Shown: piece by piece, positions 48,063 to 61,786 of the stretch
Layout: every line of letters starts with the position of its first letter
Position numbering within the stretch: the first letter of the stretch is position 1
Notes under the pieces: model-generated
Seen by the model: the letters and a program-made list of their open reading frames with translations, nothing else
Database searches by the model: none
What the model was told of the DNA's origin: nothing
Assembly: GCA_051362555.1 (NCBI GenBank)
Contig: CM120640.1
Location: forward strand, 69,294,788-69,358,787
Length of the DNA stretch: 64,000 nucleotides
Direction of reading: 5' to 3'
Source: Lingula anatina
Taxonomy: Eukaryota; Animalia; Brachiopoda
Translations under genes and position numbers: made by a program

Positions 48063-48980
48063 CACTGGATTGGAAACTAAGCTGGAGAAATTCTTTCTTT
48101 AAAAAAAGTGGAAAAAAATATCAATCAGCCCAGTTCCTTGTCGAGATGGCAGTAGCAAGTCTTTCAGGAAGTGTATTTCTTTAAAAAACTGCTGTGCTAG
48201 TGCAAGGAGCATGTTCCACGAAAGGCTGGCAGGAAAGCTGCCTGAGACATGGAGTGATGTGACTGAGCATATTAACATCAAATGTTTCAATGGTGACAGC
48301 TTGTTCCCTGTCGCAAGTTGTTACATCCTGACAATTGAAGCAAAAACACGCCGGTTCTTGTAATAAGCGTAATATAAAACTAGTTTGTCTGAAGTTGTAT
48401 AAACTCAACTGAGTACAGTGCAGTCAGCCAGCATGAAGATCAGATCCAAATGGTACGCCACTGCTGGGAGGTATTCAGACCAGTGATGTCTACATAATAT
48501 GGTAGTGCCATGTGTATTGTGCAGGAGTCCAGATGAATTTAATATGTGTAATATAAGTCATTAAAACTAACTGTAGCAGACGGGGACGTGGCCTTTATTA
48601 CACAATAGGGACGTCCACATGCAAGGTGTAGTGCGAAGGTGCATTATTATGCAGGTTATAAAAATTAATTAACCTCCAGTTAAGTCCTAGTCTTGTTGCA
48701 GTATATTGTATAGTAGGACTTGTAGTTATCTTAGCCAACAGACATGCCAGACACACGGTCTAGACGGTTACACGGCTGGTATTCCGCCAGGCTGCACTGC
48801 TACATGCAGTGATGCAAGTTTAATTGAGGGTTTTCATTCCACTGATTGAGCAGTGTGAAGTGAGCACTCACTTTAACATTTTGAGGAAATAACGAAAGAG
48901 AAACACTGGAACATTTCCAAAGTATTTTTACAGTGACGTGATGTTTGTCTCATCTTAAATCTTGTTGGGGTTTTGATTAC

Positions 48981-49675
48981 GGAAAAATCCTGTCTTCAAA
49001 CGTCGGTTTATTCCCGGGTTAACGATTTAGTTTGAATATAATGAAAATTTAGGTTTTGATAGAAATGTGAGTGGGAGGAGTTTAATTAGATGCCGTCATG
49101 TGACGTCATCAGTCAGCCCAGCTCCACATAGTCTTTATACCTGCGACTGGAAGGTTACCAGCTGTTATGCATATCTACCAAAGGTGATAAAAGTTGATGT
49201 CAATCCAGCAACTTTGTGTTTTTTTATAGTTCCTTGTACTGATGAATCATTTGGAACAATTCCAAAGCAAAGATGTAAATTGTTTGAAGAAGAACCCAGT
49301 CGTCTGAACTCTGTGACAATGAGTCATTTGTTGACACCTGTAGAATTGACTTTTAATGTGAAAGTATTTTTGAGAATAAAGTTTGACTCACCGAGACCTA
49401 TTCTGTTATGAATTTCAATAAAGGCCTCGTTTACTTATCAATTAAAATCTTATGGAAAAAATCCTGTCTACAAACGTCGGTTTATTCCCGGATTAACGAT
49501 TGTGTTTGAATATAATGAAAATTAAGGTTCTGAGATTAATTATTGAGTCATTTGTTGACACCTGTAGAATCGACTTTTAATGTGAAAGTATTTTTCAGAA
49601 TGAAGTTTGACTCACCGAGACCAATGCTGTTATGAATTTCAATAAAGACCTCGTTTACTTATCAATTAAAATCTT
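48981..49675. repeat. Tandem duplication (~220 bp unit); first copy interrupted by ~250 bp of extra sequence
   Basis: ggaaaaatcctgtc..aaacgtcggtttattcccgg and gagtcatttgttgacacctgtag...caattaaaatctt each occur twice (48981-49451 and 49454-49675). Confidence 0.85.
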
Positions 49676-50649
49676 CATTTTTTTCTTGGGTAATTGGGCT
49701 GCCCTAAAGGGTGCGAAATAAAAGTCATCTGCGAAAACTTGGAAGTGCAAAACAAACTTCTTTTTTTATTTTGAAGCGCAAAGTGGTAAAAAATACCGAA
49801 TTGTTCGAAAGTGCACTTGCGAACAAAACGCCTACGAGCTGTTTGAAATGGCCGTATGAAGATTCCATTTGAATGCGCTTTTTCTGCTCTGGCTAAGTTA
49901 AAAACCATCTGGAAGGGTAAAGTAATATTTGTGCACAGCCTTCGGGGGAAACCCAACCATTTGAAATAATTGGTAACGACTATAATGTTAACCAAATGCC
50001 TCTTATCTGGGCTTTTTTCAGAGCTAAATGAGGAGGACCTCTTATCACTTCATATTTTTACTCTTATCCATTTTAATCGCTAAGACATCGTTTACCCTTT
50101 ATATCTTAAGCACCCTCCCCACAACACCTTGAATTGTAAAGAAAAAAGAAATGAAATATTAATATCATTTATAGAAAAAAGTACCCAGCGTCGCTGCTTT
50201 ATAAAAAACGTTGTGACAGACATTTGTTTATTATCCTATTCTAGTCACATCTCGTTGGGCCATTAAATGGAATAATTCATGTCCTCCTTTTGTTAAATCG
50301 CTTTTGAACACGTTTCTTTCACCTTTGTTTCTTTTTAAAGTCAAACCACATTTATGAATATCAAAACATAAAAAGTCCCCGGCTTGACCCAGGCCCTCCC
50401 CTCTGAGAGAAAGGTCGTTTCTGAGTCATAGGATAGCCCGGCTTGTTTGGGGGAGAACATAATACACCGACGGACATACCACAACGCTGCATCAGACCTT
50501 GTAACAGCCAGCAGAGCAGACGTGGGAGCTATTCTGATTACGATCCTACCGACATGCCCACCTGAGGGGCATCTTTGATTGTGGGAGGTTCTCTTGTGGC
50601 TCAAACTGAGGCATTATCCCAATTCAGCAGACGACAAGCTAGAGAGAAG

Positions 50650-51325
50650 ATGGCGGATTTGAATCTCTTCATGTGCTATATAGCGCTGCTCGTTTTAAAT
50701 GTAGATCAAGGTAGGGCTTTCTTTTTTTTTCTGCTGCTGATTAGGATGTACAGGTAAACAGGAGATAGATACGTACGGTGTTAATGCGTACTAAAACTGG
50801 CATATAAACGATAAGAGAGAGCAAGCAATAGATCGCGTTTGAAACATCAGGCAAAACAGTACATAGTGTATTTAGACTCATTTAGACTACTGTCTACAAT
50901 ATTTTTTGATACCGGTACATTCTCCACGAAATGCGTTTTTCTAAACTTGATTTCTAGGTCAATATCCCCATTTGGCAAGGTATTACTAGCAATCCTATAT
51001 TAGGCCAGTGAACTATTGATGCCACTCGCCAGTTTGCCACAATATCGATAATTTGAAAGTGATATTTCTTCATAATGTTATAAACCATGCAGCAAAATAA
51101 ATAGGCACGGGACGTGTGCGGTCTCAGGTTTACCACAGACCACTGCCACTACTGTTACCTGAACCAGACAATATAGTAATCTATACGAGGAAATACGACA
51201 AATATAAAGCCTTAGGTCAACCACTTATGACTGCGAGAAAAAAAACGTAACAAACTTCATGCGATTAACATAGCTAATTAGCATAGAAAAAAGTCTAGGT
51301 GGAGAAAATGGAATTTTTCTCCTTT

Positions 51326-51376
<51 letters not shown>

Positions 51377-54300
51377 TTGCCTGCATTGCACGCAATCGAG
51401 TTATAGATAAAATTAAGAGTAAGGGATAGGCTTATCTTAGCATGGTTTGCAATAAATCAGCTGCAAAAATGCACATAATGAAAAATCAATAGACAAATGC
51501 CATCCTGTTAATTTATGTAAATTTATGGTCTATATGTATACTCATCCTGTAAATTTATGGTCTATATGTATACTCGTATTGGATACCAATTTTAAAGTCA
51601 CCGTTTGTGAACTTTGGTTACCTTAAGACTTCCAATTTTCATTATGAATAACATGCGCTTATGTCTAACAAAACATATCGTTTTTCTAAGTATTAATGAA
51701 AATGCCACTGCTCAAACAATTTACTTTTAATCAAAATAAATCTGATAGAAATGATTGTAACAGTTCACTCGGCTAAAACCAAGCGTATAAGTAAAGCCAA
51801 TGAAAGTAAGTTGTGACAAATGTATAATGAATTTGTCAACTGCTGATTGTGCCTGTAAAAAATCTTTTTCGCGCCAAAATTCGCACAAAATTCCAATCTC
51901 TAACTGAATGCACGCTCATATTTCAATTTAATTGTCTTACAACAGAAAGCGATGTGTAGAGTTATATAAAGTCTGCGGGGATTAGAGAGGGCGTGTGATG
52001 TACGGTGTTATTTTGCTTATTCCGCTTTATACATTTTATCACAAGGAGCATCTAGCAAAAGGACTATACTTAGCGTAGTTTTTGTCGTTATGATTCATCA
52101 CGCAACCTCCGGAACTTCTCGACAATCCAGAAAAGTAACTCACGCATTGCTTTTATCTGTAGTATCCACCAACTGTGAATGTTTTATTCTGCTCAGTTTA
52201 AGATTTTACTTGTAGATATTACCAAGGCAGAATGATGAAAATGTATGGAATTAGTTAATAATCTATCTTCCAAGACGCGTAGTATTTTTTAGTGAAAGTG
52301 ATTGGATAAGAGTTTTCAGATATACATATATAATAATAAGAAAGAAAGCGAATTTTAAGTATTCGATGAAATACTTTTTATTTTTTGTTTTTCACAAAAT
52401 GCAAATGAAGAAATAGCAGGAGAAAAAATATTTTAGAGTTATAGAATACATGGCGACTTGGTGTGAGGTGTAACTTGTCACTGTGAAGTCTTTTATCGTG
52501 TGACATACCTCAATTCTACACTTATACGTGCAAACGAGGCACTCGTAGACAGTATTCGCTAACTATGGAAGTGTAGTGTCAATAAACACTCGAGAAAATT
52601 CACGAGAAAAAGTGTTATTTGTACTTTGAGAAAAAACTGTTGCTCCGAACTGACAGTAGAATTCTCATCAACGATTGCATTTGGTGCAGCTGCCAATTTT
52701 TTATTCTTTTTTTTTTTGCTGGAACTGAAAGGTCAGTTTTTAAGCAAACTTAAAACGATACATGTACCATGAATATTTCGTCAATGAATTTCGTTAAAGG
52801 CGATCTTTTATGAATTGTTTGTTTTACCACCCCAATGTCTAGTCGTATTATCAGGTTTTTTAAAGAAGGGAAACTAAATATGACAAATGGTGGTATTTAC
52901 GCAGAATTACATGTTCCCGACCCGACTTTGGTCTCTTTTTCCTAATGTCTAAATCAATTCAGCTCTCTATGCGAGGAAAGTAGATCAAATAGCTTTCTCT
53001 GGGAAACTTGTTATACCTCCAGTAAAGGAACTTTACGCAGTATATCAAAATGTAATGTATGCTGCTCTATATGACGGAATGTTGCCAACCATACCCGTAT
53101 GTCCGGCGGCTAGGTGACCTCTTGCCCTTGAGCGTTTGATCTGAAAGCAAGAAGAGGGAAAGTGCCATTATCTCCCCTCTAAACATTCCAGCATTTCCAG
53201 CATCAATACAGAAAACGAATGCGATATGTAATTTATAAGGTTGCCACATGACGTCAGATTATCCCGAACTGACCGGAAAGCTGATCTGTTGGCCCCGATT
53301 TCCGCGACAAGTACATGTATAGCTGTTCAGGTAAAACACAGGCACTCTTTCTGCTGGATCTCACAACTCCTCAAACTATGTCCGTCTCATAAAACGGCTC
53401 CCAAAGAACCATAGAGTTTCATGAACCTGACACAGAATAAATACCTTTAAAGCTCCAGCCGAAGCTTTTTAGTTTTTTTTTTTTTTTCTAGACGACATGA
53501 GTTAAGTAAGACAGTGTCCGGAACTTTCCAACAGAAACTGAGCGACGCAGCACTCTGAATCTCTTCTAAGACTTTATTTGAAATATATAAAATCGAATGT
53601 GTTACATTATTAGTCACAAGGCGGAGTAATCGGTTAAACAAAAAGAAGATAATAACTTAAAAACCACATGTCACTGCCACTCTATTGTAAAAAGCAGTAA
53701 TTTTATTGATTTACAAAACACAAGGAGAACGTTGATTTGAGACGCACTTTGATTCCAGGGCTAGGGGGTGCCTTCGATGAGATCGACCCCAGCACTACCC
53801 CTGGGCCCGGGCGTGGTAGTAGGTGTGGGGAAGACATCGATATAGACAGACACAGCCGCCTGGAGGTGGACGACCCCTACTTTCTCTCTGATACCACCTG
53901 CTGTGCAAGAAACTTTGACAAATGGTACCACAACCTGTACCCCTTCGACAAACCTCCTTCCAACCAACTGGAATTCCAAGATTTCTTCCAATGGGACAAA
54001 ATATGCAGGTAATAGAAATTTATTTCTCAGTATTGAGTATCCATCTTTTCGTTTTTTTTTTTCCAAAGATGCTCAATGAAAATGTACAAAAAACTGTGTT
54101 GCCCAAAATAACCCCAAGATGCCAAACTTATGTAAGCAGCGAGTATTTCAATCATGTTATTTCTTGAAGAATATTCTCCTATCTTATCAAAACAACATTT
54201 GTCAGAATACAGTTACTAAATGTGATCACAGCAACAGAAGGGACATCATTTTCATATAACTCAATGGAATTAACACGCAATCTATATTTTCCCACGTCAG

Positions 54301-57300
54301 CAATTGTCAATCTCTTCTAAATGATTCACGATCACAAAATTTAGCCTCTGGTTTATTGCAGCCTAGAACATGTTTTAGTATTTCCTACAGCTTTTTTTCA
54401 ACTGACCTAGCAACGTTCACTGCTGGAAAATATACAATGGTAATCCTCCGGGTTGTTAGAGGTTTCCGTTCTCATATTACTAAAATAAATAGCATATTGA
54501 ATACATGAAAATGGCCAAGTGAGCCATTGCCCTCTTAACATTTTGTCGCCTTTACGAACCTTAAGTCTGGGGTTTCTTTTCTGAAAATAATTATAATAAT
54601 GATAATGATGATGATGATAAAATGATAGAAAAATAAGTAGAATGAAAAAAATATTAAAAAAGCACACTATGAGTGCAGATACTTTTACCAACATACACCG
54701 CTAGAAAGAAACTACTGACATACCGCCACAAGGAAACTTCTGTTTACACTGTGACCCGTCGGGAGCCACTTCTAATGGAAGACTGTGAAGGTGCATAAAT
54801 TATGTCGCATGAAACTCTTAACATCTTGTTTACTTAATATATTTTCAATTTTCGGTTTAGATGACTTACTCTTAATTGGTTTTAGTTTTGATTTTAAAAT
54901 TCAAAATTTGCTGCCTTCGAAATTATGAATTGTGGGTTCACTTGTAATTCACGAATAGGGGTTTGTTACCCTTTCCCTGTATTGTTAAATAGATCTAATA
55001 CATGTATGACTATGAAATTTCATGTTCTCAAAATTATTATTCACAATGTATCCAGCCGCTGGCGAGCTGCCGCCCTGTGTGTGTACGCCGTCAAACCAGT
55101 GCCCGAGTGTACAGAAGAGTGGTCTCTCCATCTCCTCCGGAACCGTTCCTACCTCATCTACCCATGGCAGGACAAACTGGGACCCTCCCCGCACTACGCC
55201 TTCTACGACAGAACCTGCATGGGGGACGCCATTAAGCCCGAGATCAGGAAGTGTACGTTATTTTTTGATGCATTTTTTGTTTGTTTCTGACTCGTTAATT
55301 TTTAATGCGGATATACACACAGTTGGTCCCAAAGTAGGTGGTTCTTTGCAATGATTCATTTTGGGAATTGCGTGTTGAGTATATGTTATAAGAATTCAGA
55401 CTAATCATATCAAGCATTGAAAGACCACTATGAGTTTGAAAATTGATCTTTAATATTCGGCATCCCATTACCGATCAATAATTATTTTTACATGAAAAAT
55501 ATTTTTTCATTTACTTGTTTGGTTATTTGCGAGTTTGTTTTGTCGCTCTTTCATTCTGTCCTCCTTTCATTCAATCACGTACATACTTACTAATTAATTA
55601 ACCCATTAAATTTAATAAGACTAATCCATATATTTATGTATGTTGCGTGTAGTTCTGGTAAGCCCTGAGCTGTCTCCCCAGTGTATGTCCCCCAGGGAGA
55701 TCACAGCCATGCAGAACTGTTCCAGACATACCCACGAGATCTACCAATCTGACAGGCTGCACGACATCTCCAACGATTTACGGGCACATTACGACAGGTA
55801 GGGGTGCACGGCAGGTAGGTAATTGCTTGTCGTATAGTTTACCTATACATGTACATATATTTGCCGAAATGGTGACTGGTAGCATTGTAGCACAGGGAGG
55901 TTATGTTGGAAGAGAGGGTGTGCGTTCCAAACACATTCATTTGCTATGCTACTGTGAAAAGGTATTAGAAATAAATATCTTATTTTTACGTATATATTGT
56001 GGAAGTGACAGCATTGAAATGATGGATACTGTGGGGGTAGTGGACAAAAAGGTGTAAATTACATAACGTAGAACACATTTTCCATAATGGTGACTGATAG
56101 CCTACCATCGCGAAAAAAAACAAGGTCATGCTTTTTGATCATTTTTAGTAGGCCTACTTGCGTTGTCCTACAATTTAATTTTTTTTTATCTTTCAGAAAA
56201 GAATATGATATAACAACATAACATAACATAACATAACATAACATAACATAACATAATTTTCAAGATTTTAAGTTATAAGACAGGTACAATATAGTTGACC
56301 CCTCCCGTTATTCCAGGCTCGCTAGGGCTCAGTTCCGATGTATGCGAGATATCGTGACGGCCTCTCGCTGTAATGACGTCACCAGGGAGTATTTCTTTCA
56401 CTTGGTGAAGTTACAGCTTCCTTCCATCATCAATGAGACCACACTGGACATGCAACGAGACGCCACAGTGGTGAGTTCTCTCTAACCACAGGGTCTGCGA
56501 GTTGTCTGTTACAAAATTATTATACCCGTTGTACTTTACATGTATACTTTAATTTTGTATACTATTTTAGAGTCCCCCGATATTAGGGGTTATTAAAGTA
56601 ATGAGCATTGGCAGCGTATCCTGTCTTAGCGTAAAATTCAGAGAGATATTCGCGTCTCCGGTGATACTTAGTCAACTTAAAGTCTTTTTGATAATTTTTC
56701 CAATAAAATACTTCAAATAAATAGTATTTGTATCTAAGACAAGTACCTAAGACAAATTCAGTCATAATGTCTTTTTTTATTGTTTCCAGAACTTTGCCAG
56801 TGAAACCCGATGCACGATCGGGGTATACGGCGATCCTCATCTGAAGATGTGTAACGATAGTCAGCTGTACACCTGCTCTTCCCAGGGACGCCATTTTTAC
56901 TTCACCAATAAATACATCCAGATCAGTGGAGTGAACGAATACATCGGTCAGAGGGCCACCACGGTCAGGAGTGTGAGTCTTTTATGTACATGTTAATATG
57001 TCAAATTTGTAGACTGAAGACTGTATTTATCATTGGATTGACATTAAATATTAAAATAAATTCAATATTAAAAGTGGGTCTTTTTTATTCTATTATTTAT
57101 TTATTTATTTATTTATTACTGTGGGATAAGTTGTATAAAGTTTTAGGTAATCGATAAATTCAATATTTTGATGAGTGAAATAAAACAATGACGAAAGCAT
57201 AATAGGTGCCGTCTTCCTCAGTGATCATGATATAATTAATTACACGCTCTTCATTTTCAGCTTAATGCCTATTTCCGCAGAATGAACGACAGTGAGATTG

Positions 57301-59456
57301 TCGGCTCGTACACGGCCCGTAATGGGCAGCTACCAGTGAACTTTGACAACACACACCTTAACTATATAGGAACTGGTGAGTTTAACACTGAGGACATGTA
57401 GGATCATGATGTTATAGTCTAAGGAGGGGGGGGGGGCATTACGGCCCATTGTCATATAGATTTTTCCTTCTCTTAGTATTCACTAGCGCAAGGTTTTTAT
57501 ATGACTGTTGGCATTGTGCACACACTAAACTCATTATAAAAGTCTATTTTTACTTTTACGCTTCATTCTTTTCCTTCTTGGATCCAGTTTTTGATAATCA
57601 CATAAAAAGTGTATAGCACTCCATTCCTTAGAAAAGAGTTTCTAGACTACATGTACTTATGTGGTAAGCAGAACCTTGTAATGAAGCATTAAAATGATAA
57701 TGATAATGCATACTATATGATATATTAAAACATATTTTTCCCGTACGTTTGATGAGAAAGCATTAAAAAGAGCTTATCATGTTCAACCCAGTTTTTCTCT
57801 CCTGCAGGCATGGACCGGGTGGTACTCACTGGTATGCACTATTCCCAGGTACAGATACTACACGAGACGCTGGGAGTGGTCTTAATGATACAGCACTGGG
57901 GCCCACACTATTTCTTCACTATCAGAGCCGCGGATAAACTCTGCCAGGAATCCTACGGTCTCCTGATTACTGGTTGTCCAGCCAATCAACTCATTGGCAG
58001 AGGTAGAGAATGCCTCGATGTTTTCGAGAGTTTCGTATATAATCATGCATGTTTTTTACGAATCCATGGAAAGGTGTCAAATTTTACAGCTGTGTCCAGT
58101 TTCGTCAATGCTGGATAGCGCCATCCTGTAGATAACTGTCCATTGGATAAAACTTTCATCCTCTGGACAGTTATATTGTGGGCAAAGTAATGTTTCCCAA
58201 ACACTGGTTACTTTATTTCGCCTCTGATATAGCTGTCCTGTGCTTAGAAATGGCTGCCATCCTCATGGTAACTGTCCAGAGGATTACAAGTCCATCCAAT
58301 GGTGTTGTGTTATAGCACTATCCAGTGTTGATGAAATTGGCCCTAATGTTCTGTTTTTCTGTCTTAGATGAGTGTTTTGGAGTGGTGTTACCAACGAATA
58401 TTTGAAAATTCAAGTTTCAAATATTGATAATAATTTTGTATCAAAGATCCCTAATTATAATGTCTTTACTCACAGGCGGAGTCATTGAGGAACGCCGCCA
58501 GAGATCTCGAAAGAAGCGTTCGGAGACGCGCTGTTACCAAGTGTGTCAGGATGTGGAGGACCCAGCGTTCAGAGAGACGTGCGAGTTTGATTGTGTGGTG
58601 TCAAGAAACCCTGCTGTAAGATTCCTTATGATCTTACGTGTGCTTTTGATATCTCTAATACACACATACGCATATAAGCATTGAATTTAAATATGGGTTA
58701 CAAGTCACCTAAATTCAACTTAAAGTATCCTATCCGGCCAAATCGAATTTTCCTTGGAAAAATTTTTTTTCTACTTCTATTTTCTACTACTGCACGTTCT
58801 GTTTCTGGACTTAAATTCGACGTTTAATAGCATTTGTAATTATATAATTAAGTTATAACTATCCCTGTCACGTTAAGACAGTCATGTCTTACTACAAAGG
58901 TAATATCGACATGATACGTAGACGTGGAAAAATGACTTTGTCAAGTTTGAAACACGGATAGTATACATTTAAGATAAGGGACATAAACCAAGTTATATTC
59001 ATCAAAGAAGAGAATATATCTGTAGTAATTGCTATGTTATAATGAAAAGGTAACTTGAAATGTGAACTGTTCATTTTCTTTTTTTGTCAGATATCTCAAA
59101 TGACAAAGGACGCGGTGAAAGACGTGGAACGAGTGAAGCGAATGGACCGCGCAGTGATCGCTAAGGCCTTGTACGTCTCCACGACAACGACCAGCACAAC
59201 AACCACCACCACCACCACCACCGCACCCCCACCGGCCGTGTCTGCAACAGCCCCAGCCCCGGGTCAACAAGGCGTGGACTTTACCCTGTACGGGGCTCTA
59301 GTGGGTGTGGCCGTCTCTTTATTCCTAATCTTAGCGGCTATAGGACTGTACAAATATATCTCAATTAGGAGGCGCAGGAAGAAGTACGAGGTGAAAAAGC
59401 GAGCTCAAGATAAAGATAGATTAAAGGCGGAAGAGGATGAAAAAGAAAAATTATAG
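50650..59456 (+). CDS. RGM/hemojuvelin-like type I transmembrane protein with partial vWD (GDPH) domain, ~601 aa, 10 exons
   Basis: Phase-consistent exons 50650-50710 (signal peptide MADLNLFMCYIALLVLNVDQG), 53759-54008, 55056-55252, 55653-55797, 56317-56470, 56790-56972 (CTIGVYGDPHLKMC..TC..QG..NKYIQI), 57261-57375 (YTARNGQLPVNF), 57808-58002 (GCPANQLI), 58476-58615 (RKKR..CEFDC), 59091-59456 (Thr-rich stalk, TM, RRRRKK tail). Total 1806 nt. Motif order parallels the RGM family as I recall it. Confidence 0.8.
56211..56256. repeat. (ACATA)n microsatellite
   Basis: Directly visible. Confidence 0.9.
58092..58343. mobile_element. MITE in intron 8 of the RGM-like gene
   Basis: Inverted termini ccagtttcgtcaatgctggatagcgc / gcactatccagtgttgatgaaattgg and inner arms atcctctggacagtta / taactgtccagaggat. 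Confidence 0.7.
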
Positions 59457-60004
59457 GAAAACTAGATAGAACATAAAATGTATATGTAAAATATGTAAAA
59501 TGGATTGGGTTGTCAAAAATGTATTATTCCAAATGAGCCTTGAGTGATATTGAACACGGAATGCAAAACCTTACTTATGTAATTTGTCTAAAACTTCAAG
59601 ACATAATATACAGTATAATAGGTCTTTACATTGATACATTTGTATGAGGTTTGTAGAGTTTTTTTTACTTCTCAATGCCCAAATATCTCATTACATTGGC
59701 TACCTTGCTGTCTTATGCCCATTAAACTTGGTACTTATTATTTCTAGTGGCGTAGGGATGTTTACAGAATTAGATAGGCATTATAGTTGATTTTTGTTAA
59801 ACCATAACTGGAATTCATGTAATAGTAAGCTATATATTTTTGTGGTATTTAATGTTATTCAGTTTATATATTATATTGAATCATATAACTGATGTCGACA
59901 GCACTGATCTTACAAAGCCAAATGTAATGGTTGGTTTTATGAAAACCAAATACAACAAGGACGTCTCTTACGTTGTCGGAATCCCTTGATGCAAGCCCTG
60001 TTAG

Positions 60005-61547
60005 TCATTTGTATTTCATATTCTTAGCCATCAACTTCACGTTGACGTAAGAAGACAGCGTCCCTTCTTGTTTTCTAGTATCGATGTCATACAGAGGGAC
60101 CTTTCTGTATCCTGTGTGTTTCAGCTGTACGACACACCTTCCTCTGTCGGTGTGCGTCTCCCTCAGCTCCGGCGTTCGGGACGCCAGGCGTATCTTCAGT
60201 TCCCTGCCAAGTTCCCGTAGACCCATTGTAGTCACGGGTGACAGGGGCCTGCAGGGAATGGGAAGCGATGAAATGCGCCTGCGCAAGTCCTAAACAGAAA
60301 AGGTCTTGCACAGAAAAATATGACAAAAAATCTGCATTGTTATGAATAACAAATTCCCAAGAAGCAGTTTCTATCTGAATTAAATTCAGCTGATATAGTC
60401 TACGCTCTATACATACGTAGAGTCCAGGCCTATGTACAATGTGCTGACGATTTGGCCACGTTTTGTTTTGGGCTACGTAAAATACCATGAAAGATATAAG
60501 ATATTAAACCCAGCTTACTTGTGCGTCTATAAAGTACCAAAATTGTGTGCAAATAAGTACATTTTTACATCGACGATTTCCAGTTGAAACTAAGTTATGC
60601 ATTTTCCTGTTTAAACATGTATCTAATAATAATAATAATACATCATATACTATAGTTATCGGAATTTCTGAATTCAAATGTTGCCAATAAAAGTTGGTAT
60701 ATATCTTACTTGTTTAATGGCCTCCTTAATATCTGAGTGCGACGGCGATTTTGTCTGATGACCGGATTTTCTTTGAGAGTTTGGAGTGAGGACATTTCTT
60801 TGGATGTTTTTTATATTCTTCAATACACCTTTGGTATTTATCTTAGTATCGATTGTTTTAGGCGTGGTCTGTGTAAGTATCTTGAATATGAAAATGCATT
60901 TTCTCATGATTAAAACATCTTTATACCTGCACATGTTCACAGACTACTTCGATATCTTAGGCATGTTAAATCTTTGTAAAACAATAAAATCAAAATGTAA
61001 AATGCTCACAGTCATTGTATTTTTGCTTCAAAATGCCCTTTTACGATCTCTTTGAGGAAAAATGTGAGTAACAATAACGATAAAAATGCTTTATAAACTT
61101 CAAAACTAAAAAAAAAAAAAATCAGAAGGACCTACATGTACTTGTGTGGCGGTAGGTGGACGCTGTCTCGCTATTCTAGGCGATATTCGGGGGCCTGGTA
61201 AGGTGGTTGGATCGATGGCGTTCTTCTTCCATCCTTTAAACACAGTCCCTGAGCGTTCCGATGGAGCTTTAGGCCCGGATGCTGCTCGGGGAGGGGGCAA
61301 AGAACTTGCCCGACTTAGACTGTTTATCTGAAGCAAATGGAATAAAGCATTATTGAAACCGTTTCTATTAAGGTTCACTAGAAGAAACGTTTTTGAGTTC
61401 TTTCTAACAAACGATTGCATTATTGAAATAGCGAACTTAGATTTGAGACCCGACCGCTGACAAAATTTACAGAAGAAAAGAAGAGCAAGTTTATTACGCG
61501 TAATTTGGGCTCACCTTGCTCTTTTTAATCCGCCTTCGACGTCTCAT
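60005..61547 (-). CDS. Uncharacterised, highly basic, low-complexity protein (~220 aa, 4 exons)
   Basis: Exons 61547-61515 (MRRRRRIKKSK), 61327-61142, 60868-60710, 60289-60005; GT-AG, all phase 0, open frame throughout. No recognisable domain. Start codon uncertain. Confidence 0.55.
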
Positions 61548-61733
61548 CTTGTTTTGTCTATTCTGTGTACTTGTAGAGCGTATTTGCTTGTATGCGAGGG
61601 CGTTTTACTGTTTTCGTGTGTAATACAGGTGTCTGCGTGCATGTACATGCAGTGTGCGTGTTATTTGTGAATATTAAGGCAAAAATGCATTCAGACAGCA
61701 TAGCCTGCAAACACCTCCACACTGGTAGATTCA

Positions 61734-61741
61734 TATCTATA

Positions 61742-61772
<31 letters not shown>

Positions 61773-61786
61773 ATATATATATATAT
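61734..61786. repeat. (TATC)n/(TA)n microsatellite
   Basis: Directly visible. Confidence 0.9.

Noticed and set aside
53095-53215. Minus-strand exon-like piece and DAGNAGMFRGE peptide as the missing ENaC TM2
   Set aside because: No GxS filter, no suitable acceptor for that peptide, only superficial similarity, and no partner exons.
54391-54440. Possible extra exon of the RGM-like gene
   Set aside because: Exon 2 joins 55056 in phase without it; including it at the nearest donor would break the frame.
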